DNA of 54,580 bases, the filler included, from Sphacelaria rigidula (Eukaryota): NCBI GenBank assembly GCA_964200075.2. It is 5 parts of 5 records of this genome, joined end to end, with 100 filler letters (N's around TTAATTAATTAA, not from the genome) between each part and the next. Parts side by side here need not be neighbours in the genome. Positions count along the whole stretch, not along the records: positions 21,876 to 32,710 come from CAXNAA020005827.1; positions 32,811 to 43,645 come from CAXNAA020005828.1; 3 more parts are not named here. The stretch is one strand, 5' to 3'. Both the position numbers and the translations under genes were made by a program. The notes below the pieces were generated by a model. The model did no database searches and was not told the DNA's origin. It was given only the letters and a program-made list of their open reading frames with translations. Below, piece by piece: positions 23,537 to 35,564 of the stretch (position 1 is the first letter of the stretch; every line of letters starts with the position of its first letter).

Positions 23537-23661
23537 TTGGATCGACCGAGTGCTCGGCTGAACGGAGAGGTGGAGACCGAGCTGTTCGACCTGTTCGTCC
23601 AGTTGGGAGCCAGCGACGAGCAAATGGAGTACGCGACTCTATTTGCGTCGGGAAAGCAGGG
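23537..23661 (+). CDS. typA: TypA/BipA translational GTPase, internal exon (G-domain, just after the NKxD motif)
   Basis: ggcacag acceptor and GG/gtaagt donor. The translation LDRPSARLNGEVETELFDLFVQLGASDEQMEYATLFASGKQG aligns with the TypA/BipA pattern (NK)IDRPxAR..V...FDLF..L.A.DEQL..P..YASA..G. Confidence 0.9.
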
Positions 23662-24374
23662 GTAAGTGAGTGCTATATGCATTTACCGCAGACTACCCGT
23701 AGAACACGGCGTATAGCACTCATACGTGGGATAACACCCCTTGATATCACCCTTGAGTGACTTGTCGACTATTTTTGGCACCCAACCGTGCGCCTCGATG
23801 GCCCAAGTGTGGTACATGCATCTATAGGCGGTTGGCGCGAGATCTTTACGAGTTCGAATTGGAATAGATATGTTTGTCTTTTTTGTTGTTGCTGTGTAAT
23901 ATAATAGTATACTCTGTTTTTTTTTGTCGTTTGATACGCGAGGACGGACGTGAGTGTAGCAAAAGTCGATGAGAGTAGACGCCTTGCGAGAGTGTGGATT
24001 CAATCTGCTGTACCCAACTATTAGGCAGGTGGGGACTGACGAAGAGATAGGTTGATCTCTTGAGATTACCGACTCATCCCGAGGGGGCGTGGCGGGGCGG
24101 GTGTTGGAGCCATGACGAAGGAATCCAATAAAATATATGAGTGCCTAGTGTGTTGTATCGGGGAACGTGGTTAGTCATTCCTCCCTCCTGTTGACACCCG
24201 TGAGGTAGTGTGTAACGCGTGGTTGTCTCTGGAAGTGGCGATACCAGAAAATGAAACAACTTATTGTAGGCTGTCATTCATATGCAAGATACTTGGTACG
24301 CTTCGGGCCGAGCAATCTTAGCAGGATGTAGCTCACCCTTCATGCGACTTACCGAACACATCACTGCGCTTCAC

Positions 24375-24530
24375 GCTTGGTGATTGGATTGCGAGCCTGG
24401 TATGGCGAAAACCCGACGTGCTCCGTCCCGACATTGTAGGAATGCGACGTCAATGGCCATATGACCACGGTATGCACGATCTTGAGTACCGCCCCCTGTT
24501 GGAACCCCCCCCCCCCCCCCCCCCTGCCCC
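24375..24530 (+). mobile_element. Non-LTR tail copy ending near a C-run
   Basis: GATTGCGAGCCTGG...AAAACCCG.CGTGCTCCGTCCCG...TCTTGAGTACCGCCCC matches 38270-38375. Confidence 0.75.
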
Positions 24531-27500
24531 GGTGAAGGGTTTTCAGGTTCCAAATTCTTCACTTGGTGGTGGTATCCATCGTATCCTGAGGTACGTACGT
24601 ACGCGTCGTAAACCCACGAATCAAAAGGGATCCCAATAGTCGCTATCGTGTAGGTACCGACAGGATTTTTCAAGAACAACGACGGGAACTACACATGTTC
24701 CATGTATCTTGCCATGTCCGAAGTTCTGGCTCTGTCGTGGCGGCCACGTTGACTTGCTCAGCATATTCTTTTCGTGTTTTGTACGGTATGCTCGTCTGTT
24801 CTCCGTCAAACTGGTAAGAGGCTGCGCGCGAATGAAATCGGGGGCAAACAAAAGTCCGAAGCCATGCAGAATCATATGATTGGTTGAGTGGTTGCTTTGA
24901 TTGACTGTTTTGATGCCTTATTCTATTGATAGCGTAGATTATCTCATTCCCTAGGAATTCAGCTGTGGTCATTGGATAAAAGATAGACGTACCCGAGGCG
25001 ATGCAAACAGAAACAAAAAAGTGGAGGAACCCCGAGAAAAAGGTTGTGTGGAAAACAAGGAGACAGCGCCAGGAAATCCCCCACGTCTTGCCCCATCGTA
25101 CTCCTCCCAGCGTATCACAACGCTATCAAACTTCATTGAAGGGGCGGACAGTGATGCGATTAATGTGGTGTGGCCATCCTTGACAAGCACAACAAGTGTG
25201 TGTTGTTAAGAGGGTTCAGAGGTGACCCGACCCCACGTGGAAAATCGTTCGTTTTTTTTACACGAAAAAAAAAAGAAGTGATGACTAATTAGTATTACGA
25301 TCCGAACTGAGTTTCTGGTCTTGGCAGTCACAAACGAAGTCAATCGAGCATCGACATCGATCGAAAAAAGAGGAAAAGAGGAAGAAAAAAAAAAACGGTG
25401 CTGCGTCTGACCCGCTGCCCTCAACTGAATCCAAGTTGTTGTTCGATTCCTCCGAGCTCCATGGCGAGAAAATTCCAACCCTTTTGAGACCTGAAATCGA
25501 CAGGATGAAGCAAGCAATTTCGTCGAAAGCGTTGCGTCAAAAGCTTGCATGGTTGATCGTCACGGCGCGTGAGCACGTTTCAGAGATTCGGACGTGTGTC
25601 CAACATTTGGTGGCACGCAGCATTGCGTACAGACACCCCCCTGGAAGAGCGCGGATGCCCCCACAGATGGCGTGACTCCTAGACTAGAACACTAAGCGCT
25701 TTGATCGAGTGCGTTTGGTTCCACATTTTGCGAGCATGCACGGACCATTGTGCAGTCTCTCCGCGCCCTAGAATGTGGAGTTTCCGCCACTATCTGCGCT
25801 GTGCAGTCCTGCAAAAACAGTAAGCTTGTTGGGTAATGGACATTAACCCTTTTGGGACTGAAGCTCGGTAACAAGAGGTTCACCATGTATCAGTGAAATA
25901 ATACTACGTAGTAATAAACAAGTCTGGGAGCGACCTACCCAATCAAGGCGAAGCGAAATTTATCGACCACATCTGAACGACCGGTGGGGGAGGCTGTCCC
26001 CGGGAGTGATGTCACTGCAAATTTAGTGTACTCTGTCCCTGGCCCACAAAAACGCCTTCTAAGCAAAAGAAAGCCCAACTTCTCGGGGCTCGGTTCCCCG
26101 ATTTTTCTCATCATTTACTTGCATTTTATATAGGTCCGACCTCCACTCCCCCGATTTTTCGTTGGGTCACCACCCTATAGTAATCTACTTCGTAGTTCAT
26201 TACACGAAAACATGGTGCTCGGGGGAAATTCGGGAATAAATGTACCCTACAATATATGTGGTCATGTTCATAAGGCGACTGAATTTAGCAACGCTATGGG
26301 ACGAGAGACGGAGATAGAGGCATGAGTTCCGCGTATCCCTCTGTCGAAGCGGTACAAGCGGCCGTGAGGTCATATGTAATCGACGGGAACGAACAAGCTG
26401 TGTAAAGGCAGCTAATTTCCGTCGCGGAGAACTGCCCAGAACATTTGAGGGAATATGCAGCGGCAGCTGGTGCTGCATTCGGGAAAGCGTGCTGCACTGT
26501 ACTGTATCCGCGGCGCAACGCCCATGCCGTTCGAAGAGAACTTCCCCGGATAATAGTACAGACAGTTTGCACCTGCACCTGAAAATAGATTGGATGAAAC
26601 TTTCAGTCTTTCTCTAACCCTCCGGTTACATACATACGTGAATTATTAGTAACATGAAGCCATTATTTCATGCATATGCAGGACACGTCATTCCTAACCA
26701 GCGTCATTGGTCGTTCTGGAGGCCCAGTCCCAATAGGGTAATCGGTGTACCCGCTCCTTCTTCAGTCACAGGTGGGTACAGGCAAGCGTATAAAATGGAG
26801 CAGCCCGTGCTAGGCCTAAACCACTCAAAATTTCATCCTGACGCAAACGTAACGCGCCCACAACCCATGCAGAGCATGTACATCAATTTCCGCGGGAAAA
26901 AAAGCGCGACTTACGGCCGAATAGCGGGGCACAAGGGCCTCAGAGAGTCTGTCTGAAAATCAGGTGGGTATACCCACTAACCACTACTAAGTTTATCTTG
27001 TATCTCTTGTTTCCATTTTTTTGGACCCAATTTTGTCCGAAACGTACCCACGTGTGACCATTACCGTACCCTCTCAAGTCACTTCCCAACTCAACCGATT
27101 GCACAAACTTGAATGGTCGAAGAACGTCCTCAATGCTCCTTTTTATCTGTCCATGGTTTGGGAGCTGGAGACCCCGCCATCGGTGATTTCGACCGTGCGC
27201 AAAGGAGACCCCTGCGGGGTGATTGATACACCGCACGACCGTTGTGCACGCGCGCTCAAGCGGTACTAGTTGCCAAATTACGGAAGACAACGACTAAACT
27301 CCTCCACCGGCGCGGCGCGCAAGCATATCGAGGCAACGTGCCCTACGGGACACTCACACGGTACAAAACAGTTACGGAACTATCGAAGGCACACGTAGTA
27401 GCATTGGGTATAATACTGTACATGAAGTGATTGTGGGCCACGGGGCGACGGGAAGACAACCGGACGAGAGAAGTTACTGCGCAAAGTAACTGTTGAGGGA

Positions 27501-28393
27501 TTTGGGGGAGATCCAATTGTGGAACGCAAAAATAACATACTCCGGCATGAGTTTTGTTTTATAGTTCGGAGGTCCCTGTGCGTTCCGGCATATATGTATA
27601 TATATATATTTATATATGTAAATGGCTGTCTGAATTATTCGAGACGATTTTTTATGCCGTGTCTCATCAAGGCGACAAAATAAAAATAAAAAACGAGCAA
27701 GACAGCTTGCCTGCCCACAACGACTACTTTTGGCCCTACGGAGCAAACGCACAACAGGATTTCTTGGAGGGGGGGGTGTTTGTCTTGGCGCTGAAGGTAG
27801 TATGAAACAGGTTTGAAAATCCCAGTGGGTGTGGATTGAGACACGTTACACCAATACAACCCAGCCGGAACAAGCGTGCATAGTCGAACCACCCACAGCA
27901 GAAGCGCGTCACGCATAGCGCTAGCTCTTGCTCACCTACACACGTTGTTTTGTTTCATCGCAACCCGGATGGTATTGGAAAATGACCGACCGTGTGTATG
28001 CCTCCTTGGGCTGCGGACAGGCCAGAGTTTCATCTCAGGCGTGTATTTCGTTATTGCTTGGCTGTAGCGCACGTACATGTCCGTTTTTGGCTCTAGAGTA
28101 CGTTTGTTTTCCGCGCTGCACCAGCCGCATTGCATCCTATCTGTTCGGTCGTCCCTGTTCTCCTGGCAACCAACCGTGGGGACACCATCCTGTTGAAGTC
28201 TAGTACACCACAACAGTACGTTGACTCCACTAGCACTGATGTTGTCTGACACTTACTCACGTGTGCTGCACTACTGTGCTGTACTTCGTTTCATCTCACT
28301 GTATTGCACTTTACTCTAGTGCTGGACAACTACTGTCCCGGACAGGAAATCGACAAAGGGTTGCTCCCTGGTGCGCTCGGATATAATTATTCA

Positions 28394-29754
28394 TAGGGCT
28401 GTGAACTGGACCAGTTTGTACCGGCGACTAAACTGGAACTGGAGTTTAACTGGAAGTGGTGACGAGGACTCCAGTTTATTCGAAGTTTGCCGTTACCGGC
28501 TATGATTTATAGTATGGTGATATTATAACGAAGATGCTTACAGAATCACGAACAAAATGACGGTAGGATTGGGGTCTGCACCTGACAACAGTACAGGTAC
28601 AGACAGTACAGTACAGTGCAGTACTCGTGGTCACTACACCTCGAAGTGATAATGCGGATATGTGCCAGGTTTGTCATTTCATCGCACGACATCTGGAATA
28701 TAAAAATAGCAAACAAACGTTAATTCGCGACCACAAAATACAAGGTACACCATGGCTTGCAGTTCAACTGCATGCGTGCTTGTGGTCCCGGACGTGAATC
28801 ATTTTGCGCTCTTATCCCCTCGTGCTGCCAGCCTTGGCTTGTTTGCCTCTTCCTCTACTCACGGAGAGTCTGCTGCTGCATATTACAGATGAATGATTCT
28901 CGAAGCGCTCACCGCTTTGGATGAAATTTGAATGTTATCCGAGAGTGCCCCCCAAAATAACCCGAAAACCTATGCTCCTTTTCTGAATCCTGGAGTTTTT
29001 CGGAGGGGGGGGGAGGGGGGTTACCAAATCCCATACATAAATGAAAAAACGACAAACAAGATATAAATATTGAAACAAAAAACTTTATATAGAAGATTAA
29101 AATTCGTGTGACTGAAGGTTTAATTTTTCGCGTACCTTCGGAGCCAAGTAAGGCTAAGTTATATTTATGGGTTTCGGTATTACATCGCATATCGCATTTC
29201 CACGCAAGCACAGGACCAGACAAATATCACAATGCTTTGCAATGCGTGCTCAATCAAGCTAAACGTATCTATCTGTACCGTCAATTTGCGTCCAATGTGC
29301 GTCGCATCTTGTGGTGGCAGATGGGGCCAACAATCATGGGTGCTACCTCACCCAAGTCGTCCCAAATGGCTGGTTATTGAGTGTTTCTTAATGTGAAGAG
29401 AAAATAAAATCCTACGACCGCCGGAGGGGGAAGGGGGGAAAGGGGGGGGGGGTGTACATAGAGTCTCGGAGTCTTTTTTTGGGGCACTCCTGTGTCATCT
29501 AAGACTTTTAGCTCCTCAATGTGAGGGGTCACATTTCCTACAATTTTCCACATTTTTGAAGGGAAAACAAGCCAAATCTCGCAATATTTTCTCGCCTCAG
29601 GCGGCGCTCCCGCGGGGCCCCCTCACCAGCCGGGGGGGGCGTTGGCGAACGACTTCGCCGCTCGCCGCGGATTGTTTTTCACTTAATCGGCGTCACCGAT
29701 TAACTGAAAAACAATTCGTGTGCTGGCCGCGCCAGCGGCCAGTTCACAGCCCTA
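28394..29754. mobile_element. Non-autonomous hAT DNA transposon (1.36 kb) in the typA intron
   Basis: Perfect 16-bp TIRs TAGGGCTGTGAACTGG / CCAGTTCACAGCCCTA. 8-bp target-site duplication ATTATTCA / ATTATTTA (one mismatch). Confidence 0.88.
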
Positions 29755-30761
29755 ATTATTTATTTTTAGGGCGCTGGTGCATGTTTGATGTTTCAACGAC
29801 GCACTGCAGCCAATATTGGACAGTACGGTTGAACGCCATGAGCTGCGATGTCTGCGGCTGGATACATTTCATGAGCAGTGTCGTGATGTACTGTACTGTA
29901 ACAGGAAAGCGTCGTATACTACCGCCCGTTCTCATGTATTTTCGAACTCAATCCGCTCACCGTGGTGGCGTAAGCCGCCGAAACCCGCGGATAAAATATT
30001 CATATGTTTGTACATTCATATATATACATATAAATATATATATATATATATATGTACACGTATCATTTCACTTTGTTCACCACTTTTGCCGAGTGTCCTC
30101 AGGCGGCAATGCGTCTTATCACGCGCTTTTTTTTGCAGTGCATGAAGAAGGTGCAGCGGTACATTACCTTTCAGGTTGGGGTGTCATCTGATACCCGTGG
30201 CGCGTGTTTTGGCCATCGAAAGTCGCCCACACTCGCTCTTTTTCGCGGGGTGTCGATCCCGAACCACAAAAGCCTCTTGAAGATGATGGAAACTTCAAAC
30301 AGGAACCTAAACAACAAAAGCCTGTTCATGACGGGGCATTTCTCTGCGTTCTCGTTGATTCGGGAGCACGAAGACAGTGGTTATGCAGCGAATGTCACGA
30401 GAACGTGAGAGCAAAGCAGTTGGAAACAATTGAATATTGCCTTCGCCTTAGTCAGCAGCGAAAACGAGACCGTGCCATGAGCCGTCGGCGAGTTGAGCAA
30501 GGCACACACGTGGGCAAACGTCCTCACTGTGGGTCAGCTGTGCTCGACAAGCGCAGGGGGGTGACGAAATCCTTGTGATCATGCAGCCCGTAAGAGAGGG
30601 TTCTCTCAAAGGATGCACCTGTGAAGTACCGGCGCAGGAACGTCCTTGTAACAGGGATGACGGAGATGTCCTTGTGACAAGGATGCATCCCTGCACAAGT
30701 ACTTCACAGAGGGGACCTAAAGAAATGTACGTAAACAATGGTTGGTACTACGGAGATGCGA

Positions 30762-31005
30762 CCAACCCTAACGCTAACCCTAACCCTAACATCGACCAAG
30801 GCATACCGAGAACTCTCGGGCAGGGGGGGTGCAGTTTCTTAGGTAAAGCGTGCGTTGCGAGAGCTCAAATCGACGCTTTTGAGCCGATTTGCGACCAAAA
30901 TACGTTCTGGACGACCTGGTTCCACTGCTCACCACTGCTCACCTGCCCGAAATCATGAATTTTCTCAGAACTTTCTTCAGCCTCAAACCAAGTAAAATCG
31001 AGTAC
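30762..31005 (-). mobile_element. Telomere-repeat-bearing element copy
   Basis: CCAACCCTAACGCTAACCCTAACCCTAAC followed by sequence homologous to 17436-17640 in reverse. Confidence 0.7.
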
Positions 31006-32052
31006 CAATCGTTGTCTGTGTACATTTTTTCAGGTGTACTAGTGTCGCACTACAGGCGAATGCATATATGCATGCGCAGATGCATAAACTTAGACATGTT
31101 GAGCGGCTGGACGGCCGATGCGGTAGCAAACTGGCACCGGTCTGTACTGCGGCCCTTTCTGGATCATGACCATCTGTGGTGCACCGAGCAGCATACAGTC
31201 TGTAGAGCTGCGCACTTCATGGCGCACGGCCCTAAGCGCGCTGCAGCCGCTACGAGGCGCTGAAATATCGCTCATAGGCTGTACAAACCACAGTCAATAG
31301 TTCCATGTCGCTATATCTGGTGCTGTGCGCTGCAGCAGTGCGCACTAGAGGGTAAAACGGTCAGATTTTGTTTCGAAAAAAAACTTTTTTTTTCCTCCTT
31401 TTGGCGCAACACTGACTTCACAGGATTATCTCTGCGCCAGTACTTCACAGGTTAGTAACTCTGAGTTAACCCGCTGCTTCGGTAAGGACCTCGCGGAGGG
31501 GTAGTTCGGAACTGAAACGATTAAATCACTAATTGACCGCTTTTCCTTCTCAATCGTATCCTCTACTCTCAATCTCACGAAAACATCGTTCTACGTAATT
31601 GGGGGCTCCCTCATCAGTTGTGTTTGTTTGTCCACGCCTCTTTATTTCTCGCGGAGGGCAATATATACCTGCTCGATCGAAGCGGACAAAGCAATTGCTC
31701 GCGCGCTTTTTCTCCCTTCATTCGACCCATGTGCATTATGTACCTGTATCATTTCACATTTTCACCACTTTTGCCGAGTTTTCTTTGCCAGCAAGGCATT
31801 TTTTCCCACGCTTTCTTTTGCAGCGCACTGAGAAAGCATACGAAGCATATTTTATATTATCTACTTGCGTCACCCCCGGGAGGCCCGTACCAACCTCCCG
31901 AAGGGGAACCTTGTATGTATATATATATATATTGATATTGTGACGACGACTGGACGGGTGGCGGATCAGCTGATGCGATAAAATCGATAATCCAATCAAA
32001 TGACTGATGAAATCAACATATGTGGAATAAATCACCGCTGAAATCGGTTCAG

Positions 32053-32214
32053 GTGGGCGACAGAGAGCTCGGAGCAGGCGACGGCGTGGTGCGAGAATCC
32101 TGCCAAGTCTTCCATGCAGGAGCTGCTGACTCACATCGCCGACGGCGTGCCTCCACCGTGTGACGAGAAGGCATTAGACGAGCCGTTCGCACTCGCCGTC
32201 AACAACATCGGCAG
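32053..32214 (+). CDS. typA: TypA/BipA translational GTPase, next exon (end of G domain, start of domain II)
   Basis: ggttcag acceptor. Phase 2 matches the 23537-23661 exon. WATESSEQATAWCENPAKSSMQELLTHIADGVPPPCDEKALDEPFALAVNNIG fits TypA GWA...M.PL...I...VP.P....D.PF.M.V. The donor AG/gtccgg is weaker. Confidence 0.88.
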
Positions 32215-32637
32215 GTCCGGTTCGGTCCCGCGCGGTTCCGTCCGATTGTGTTTTTTTGTGCAGTGTACGTATTCTTTTGTGTGCTTTTCGTGTGCTAGAG
32301 GAAGGTCGCATTGGAGAACTCTGATCGCTTTCGTGCCCGCCGCCTGTTCCGAACGAGTCTGGGCCTTTGCTTTGGTCCAGCTGTGCATGTTTTGTTGACG
32401 TCAACAGTACTGGCAGGTACGATCCGGTCCGACCGGTTCTGTCTATGAGGCAGAAGATGTGTTCCGAGTCGGGTTGTATGACTCTGATCGGCTCGAATTC
32501 GTGGTTCTTCAAACGGCTGATGAAACTCATAGAACACGCAACATTAACTTCCAATTAAGAACAAGCACGTTTTCCATTTGTCTGAAATCGGATTACCCGG
32601 AACACCGAAGAACAATTGATGGATACCAAATGAATTC

Positions 32638-32710
32638 CTCCCCCCCCCCTTGCTCCGTCTCGAAAGGGATGCGTGGTCAATGGTCAAACGACTAAGGCAA
32701 GCAACAAATG
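32638..32710 (+). mobile_element. LINE 3' terminal fragment preceded by a C-run
   Basis: TGCTCCGTCTCGAAAGGGATGCGTGGTCAATGGTCAAACGACTAAGGCAAGCAACAAATG matches the LINE end at 38190-38250. Confidence 0.8.
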
Positions 32711-32810
32711 NNNNNNNNNNNNNNNNNNNNNNNNNNNNNNNNNNNNNNNNNNNNTTAATTAATTAANNNNNNNNNNNNNNNNNNNNNNNNNNNNNNNNNN
32801 NNNNNNNNNN
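32711..32810. other. Artificial contig linker
   Basis: N44-TTAATTAATTAA-N44. Confidence 0.98.
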
Positions 32811-33043
32811 CGGGTTGGTAGGGATGCGAGGGCAATGGTCTGAGGACTATGGCAAGCATGATCATGGGTACACCCCCCCCCCCCCCACCTATCCATCGTG
32901 TGCGAAGACCATCGCCACTTGTAGCTCCGAAATGTCATATTGAACCATTGCGTGTTATCAGTCAAGTTCTGTTTTGAATCCGTACTTTGTATCGTGTGTT
33001 CTTTTGGGGGCGGGGGGCTGGGGGTGGGGGTGGGGGAATGCAG

Positions 33044-33230
33044 ACCTTCTAAGGAGAAGGACGAGAAGGCCAAGGAGAAGGAAGAAAAGGCCAGCAGGAA
33101 GAGAGACTCATCAGCGTCAGACGCCCTCCTGACAGACTTGCATTTCACGGACTTGGGCCCAGGTCCACCTCCGTGGAAAGTTGAGGGAGCCGATGCAGAA
33201 AATGGAGGCCTGACGGATTTGCATATACAG
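33044..33230 (+). CDS. PHD-finger/bromodomain protein, exon with a charged K/E-rich linker (gene 5'-partial)
   Basis: atgcag acceptor and CAG/gtgaca donor. Encodes PSKEKDEKAKEKEEKASRK...TDLHIQ and ends in phase 0. Confidence 0.8.
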
Positions 33231-33608
33231 GTGACATGAGTTGAAGTTGTCACTTACACGGCCCGCATGTGAGAAGCATGTCGGTTTACCACCAGGCATG
33301 ATGACACAAACGCCGTCATCTTGAGCGATCTGTTGTGTTCTATCGAATCTGCGCGAAGTTTACTTCTTTTCCACAAACGAGTTCCCATCCCCCATTCCAT
33401 CCCCCCCTCCCCCCTCCCTCATTCATTGCCGAACCTAACATCTCATCTGCCTGCTCATACGTACGATGCCGCCGCTACCGCTCCGCCCCGCCCCACCGTG
33501 CACCGCGCACCGCACCGTACCGCGAACCACCGCAACGCGCCGCACCGGATGAAAACAACCGGAAATATGTGTCTTTTGGGGCGGGGCGGGGGTTTCTGCC
33601 GGAGATAG

Positions 33609-33743
33609 GCATTATTGGAGCGAGTGCCCTGGTCGGAGGGGTGTGCTCTGTGCGGGCGTGACGACAATCCGGATAGCACTCTGATCTGCGATCGGTGCGA
33701 CAGGGAGATACACATGTACTGCCTCGAGCCTCAGTTGCAGACG
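33609..33743 (+). CDS. PHD-finger/bromodomain protein, PHD finger exon
   Basis: ALLERVPWSEGCALCGRDDNPDSTLICDRCDREIHMYCLEPQLQT supplies C4-H-C of the C4HC3 PHD signature. Donor ACG/gtaaga, 135 nt. Confidence 0.93.
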
Positions 33744-34618
33744 GTAAGATAGATGATCTGTTTTTCACTCTGTATGGAACGTTGTTAGACCTTGTGAAAT
33801 GAAATTCACGTTTATTTTTTTCCTTGTCTTGTAGTTCTCGATCCTCTCCGTTGCAAAACGGTAAGTGCGATGACTCAAACATGCGATGATACCGTGGTTA
33901 GCGTTATATAACTTGTTTGATGTCACAGCGTTGTCGATGTATTTTCTATCTTCAGCGTCTTGCAAGAGAACTTGTAGTATTTGCTCTCGTAATCCAGCAC
34001 ACACTACTGTACCTACTGTTGTACGTTTGTACGTTTGCTGAATACCTTTCTTTCCGTACGCCATGTTTCAAACATTTCCCACCATGTGTTATTTATCGTA
34101 ATCCAGCGTTGTACCTACCGTTTTTTTGTCCAGACAACTTCTTGTCTTGCAACGTCACGTTGAACACCACTAACATGCACTCTTGCACCCCAGTACAACG
34201 GTCGGTGCTCTTGTACGTTTTATTCGCCCACCCCCCATTTTCCTTGTCCTACCTGCTCTCCCTCCCCCCCGCTATCCCCGCTACCCTTCTCCTTGAGAAG
34301 ATAAGAATGAGGTACGAGAGTAGTGAACCGAAGTAGTGTCATGATCCAAATGGTAGTCTCGTGAGGGAGGAGGGGTCGGTGAAGTCACAGTATGTGAGAG
34401 TTGGTGCTTATAATGGAAGTTGGCGTGTTTTTCGTATGCGTAGATATGCGAGAACGTTGCGCACTGAACTATTTCTTCCATGTTTTCGTTCAAGAAACAA
34501 ATGGTTCTGCAACGTGAGTGGCAAGCAGCTCCCACCGCACTTCCCCTTGCCATGCATCCGTGTGATGAATTATGGCTAAGAATCGGCACCATACACACCC
34601 ACACATGTCCGCATGCAG

Positions 34619-35049
34619 ATCCCCGATGGAGAATTCCTGTGCCCGAGGTGCAAGGCCGACAACAATCCGGCCACCTTCCTCAAGACCGCCTCGCACAAAA
34701 ACACCCCCGCCACTCTCAAGTCTGACCTCATCAAACACGCCGCCGGAGCCGTAGTCGCTGCAAACCCCAAAAGCAACGGGAGGCCGGCGTCATCACTGTT
34801 CCCCTCCGAGCGGGCTCTAGGCGGTGTAGGCGGGTTGGGAGCGGGGGGTGGAGGCGGGAAGGGCACCATGGCGTTCGCTGCTACAGCTAGTGTTGGTGGG
34901 GGGATGCGGGGCGCGCCCGGCGTTGGGCAAGGGCAAGAGCAGGATGCGGGGGCGGTTGGGGGTGAGGTGGCAGCGACGGCTGCGGAAGGCGAGGAAGGGG
35001 AATTGCTCGCGCCTGATGGGTCTGTTGTGAACCGGACCCACATAGCCAT
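34619..35049 (+). CDS. PHD-finger/bromodomain protein, end of PHD (IPDGEFLCPRC) plus Gly/Ala-rich linker
   Basis: Completes the PHD finger. gcatgcag acceptor and AT/gtgaga donor (phase 2). Confidence 0.9.
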
Positions 35050-35564
35050 GTGAGACGATATGTTGGAGGATGGAGTGCGCGGGGGGGAGGGGAGAGGCTT
35101 GAGTGTTACCCGCAATTATGCCAACATGTCAATTCCGGGGGAGGGTGGGGGAGAGGTTGCGGTAAGCTCACGTGTCGAACTATTTGATACCACCGTTCGG
35201 TAGCTTGACAAAGGTGAATCTTTATCGATGTGAAAGGGTGCAGAGTGCTACATGAGCTGAATGACGACGCTGCAGCCATATCATGAACGAGTTACAAGTA
35301 TCGTTGATTGCCGTATTCTCAGTTGGTGAACGATTATATCAGGCTACCTTTCTATTATTGATATGACAGCAACAACGAACGGGCGCACAAAGCACAGGTT
35401 TCCGTAAGCTATGAGAAGCCATCTCTGTCTCTAAAGGCTAAGACGGACTCTGATAGTGATGCGACTGATTTTTTTGGAAGAAAAATACCAACAAACTTTT
35501 CGTTCGTCAAGCCACGCACGAGCCGATTATTATTCAAGGCCTGCTCATACATACATACCACATA

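Noticed and set aside
24031..24080. Hammerhead-ribozyme-like motif (CTGACGA, AGAGAT/ATCTCT stem, TGAGA)
   Set aside because: The GAAA core is mutated, the register is off by one base, and stems I and III are not convincing. It is worth revisiting only on a family consensus.
30619..30712. Minus-strand exon candidate
   Set aside because: It is bounded by inverted CTGTGAAGTAC/GTACTTCACAG repeats that recur near 31425-31452, so it is more likely a small MITE.
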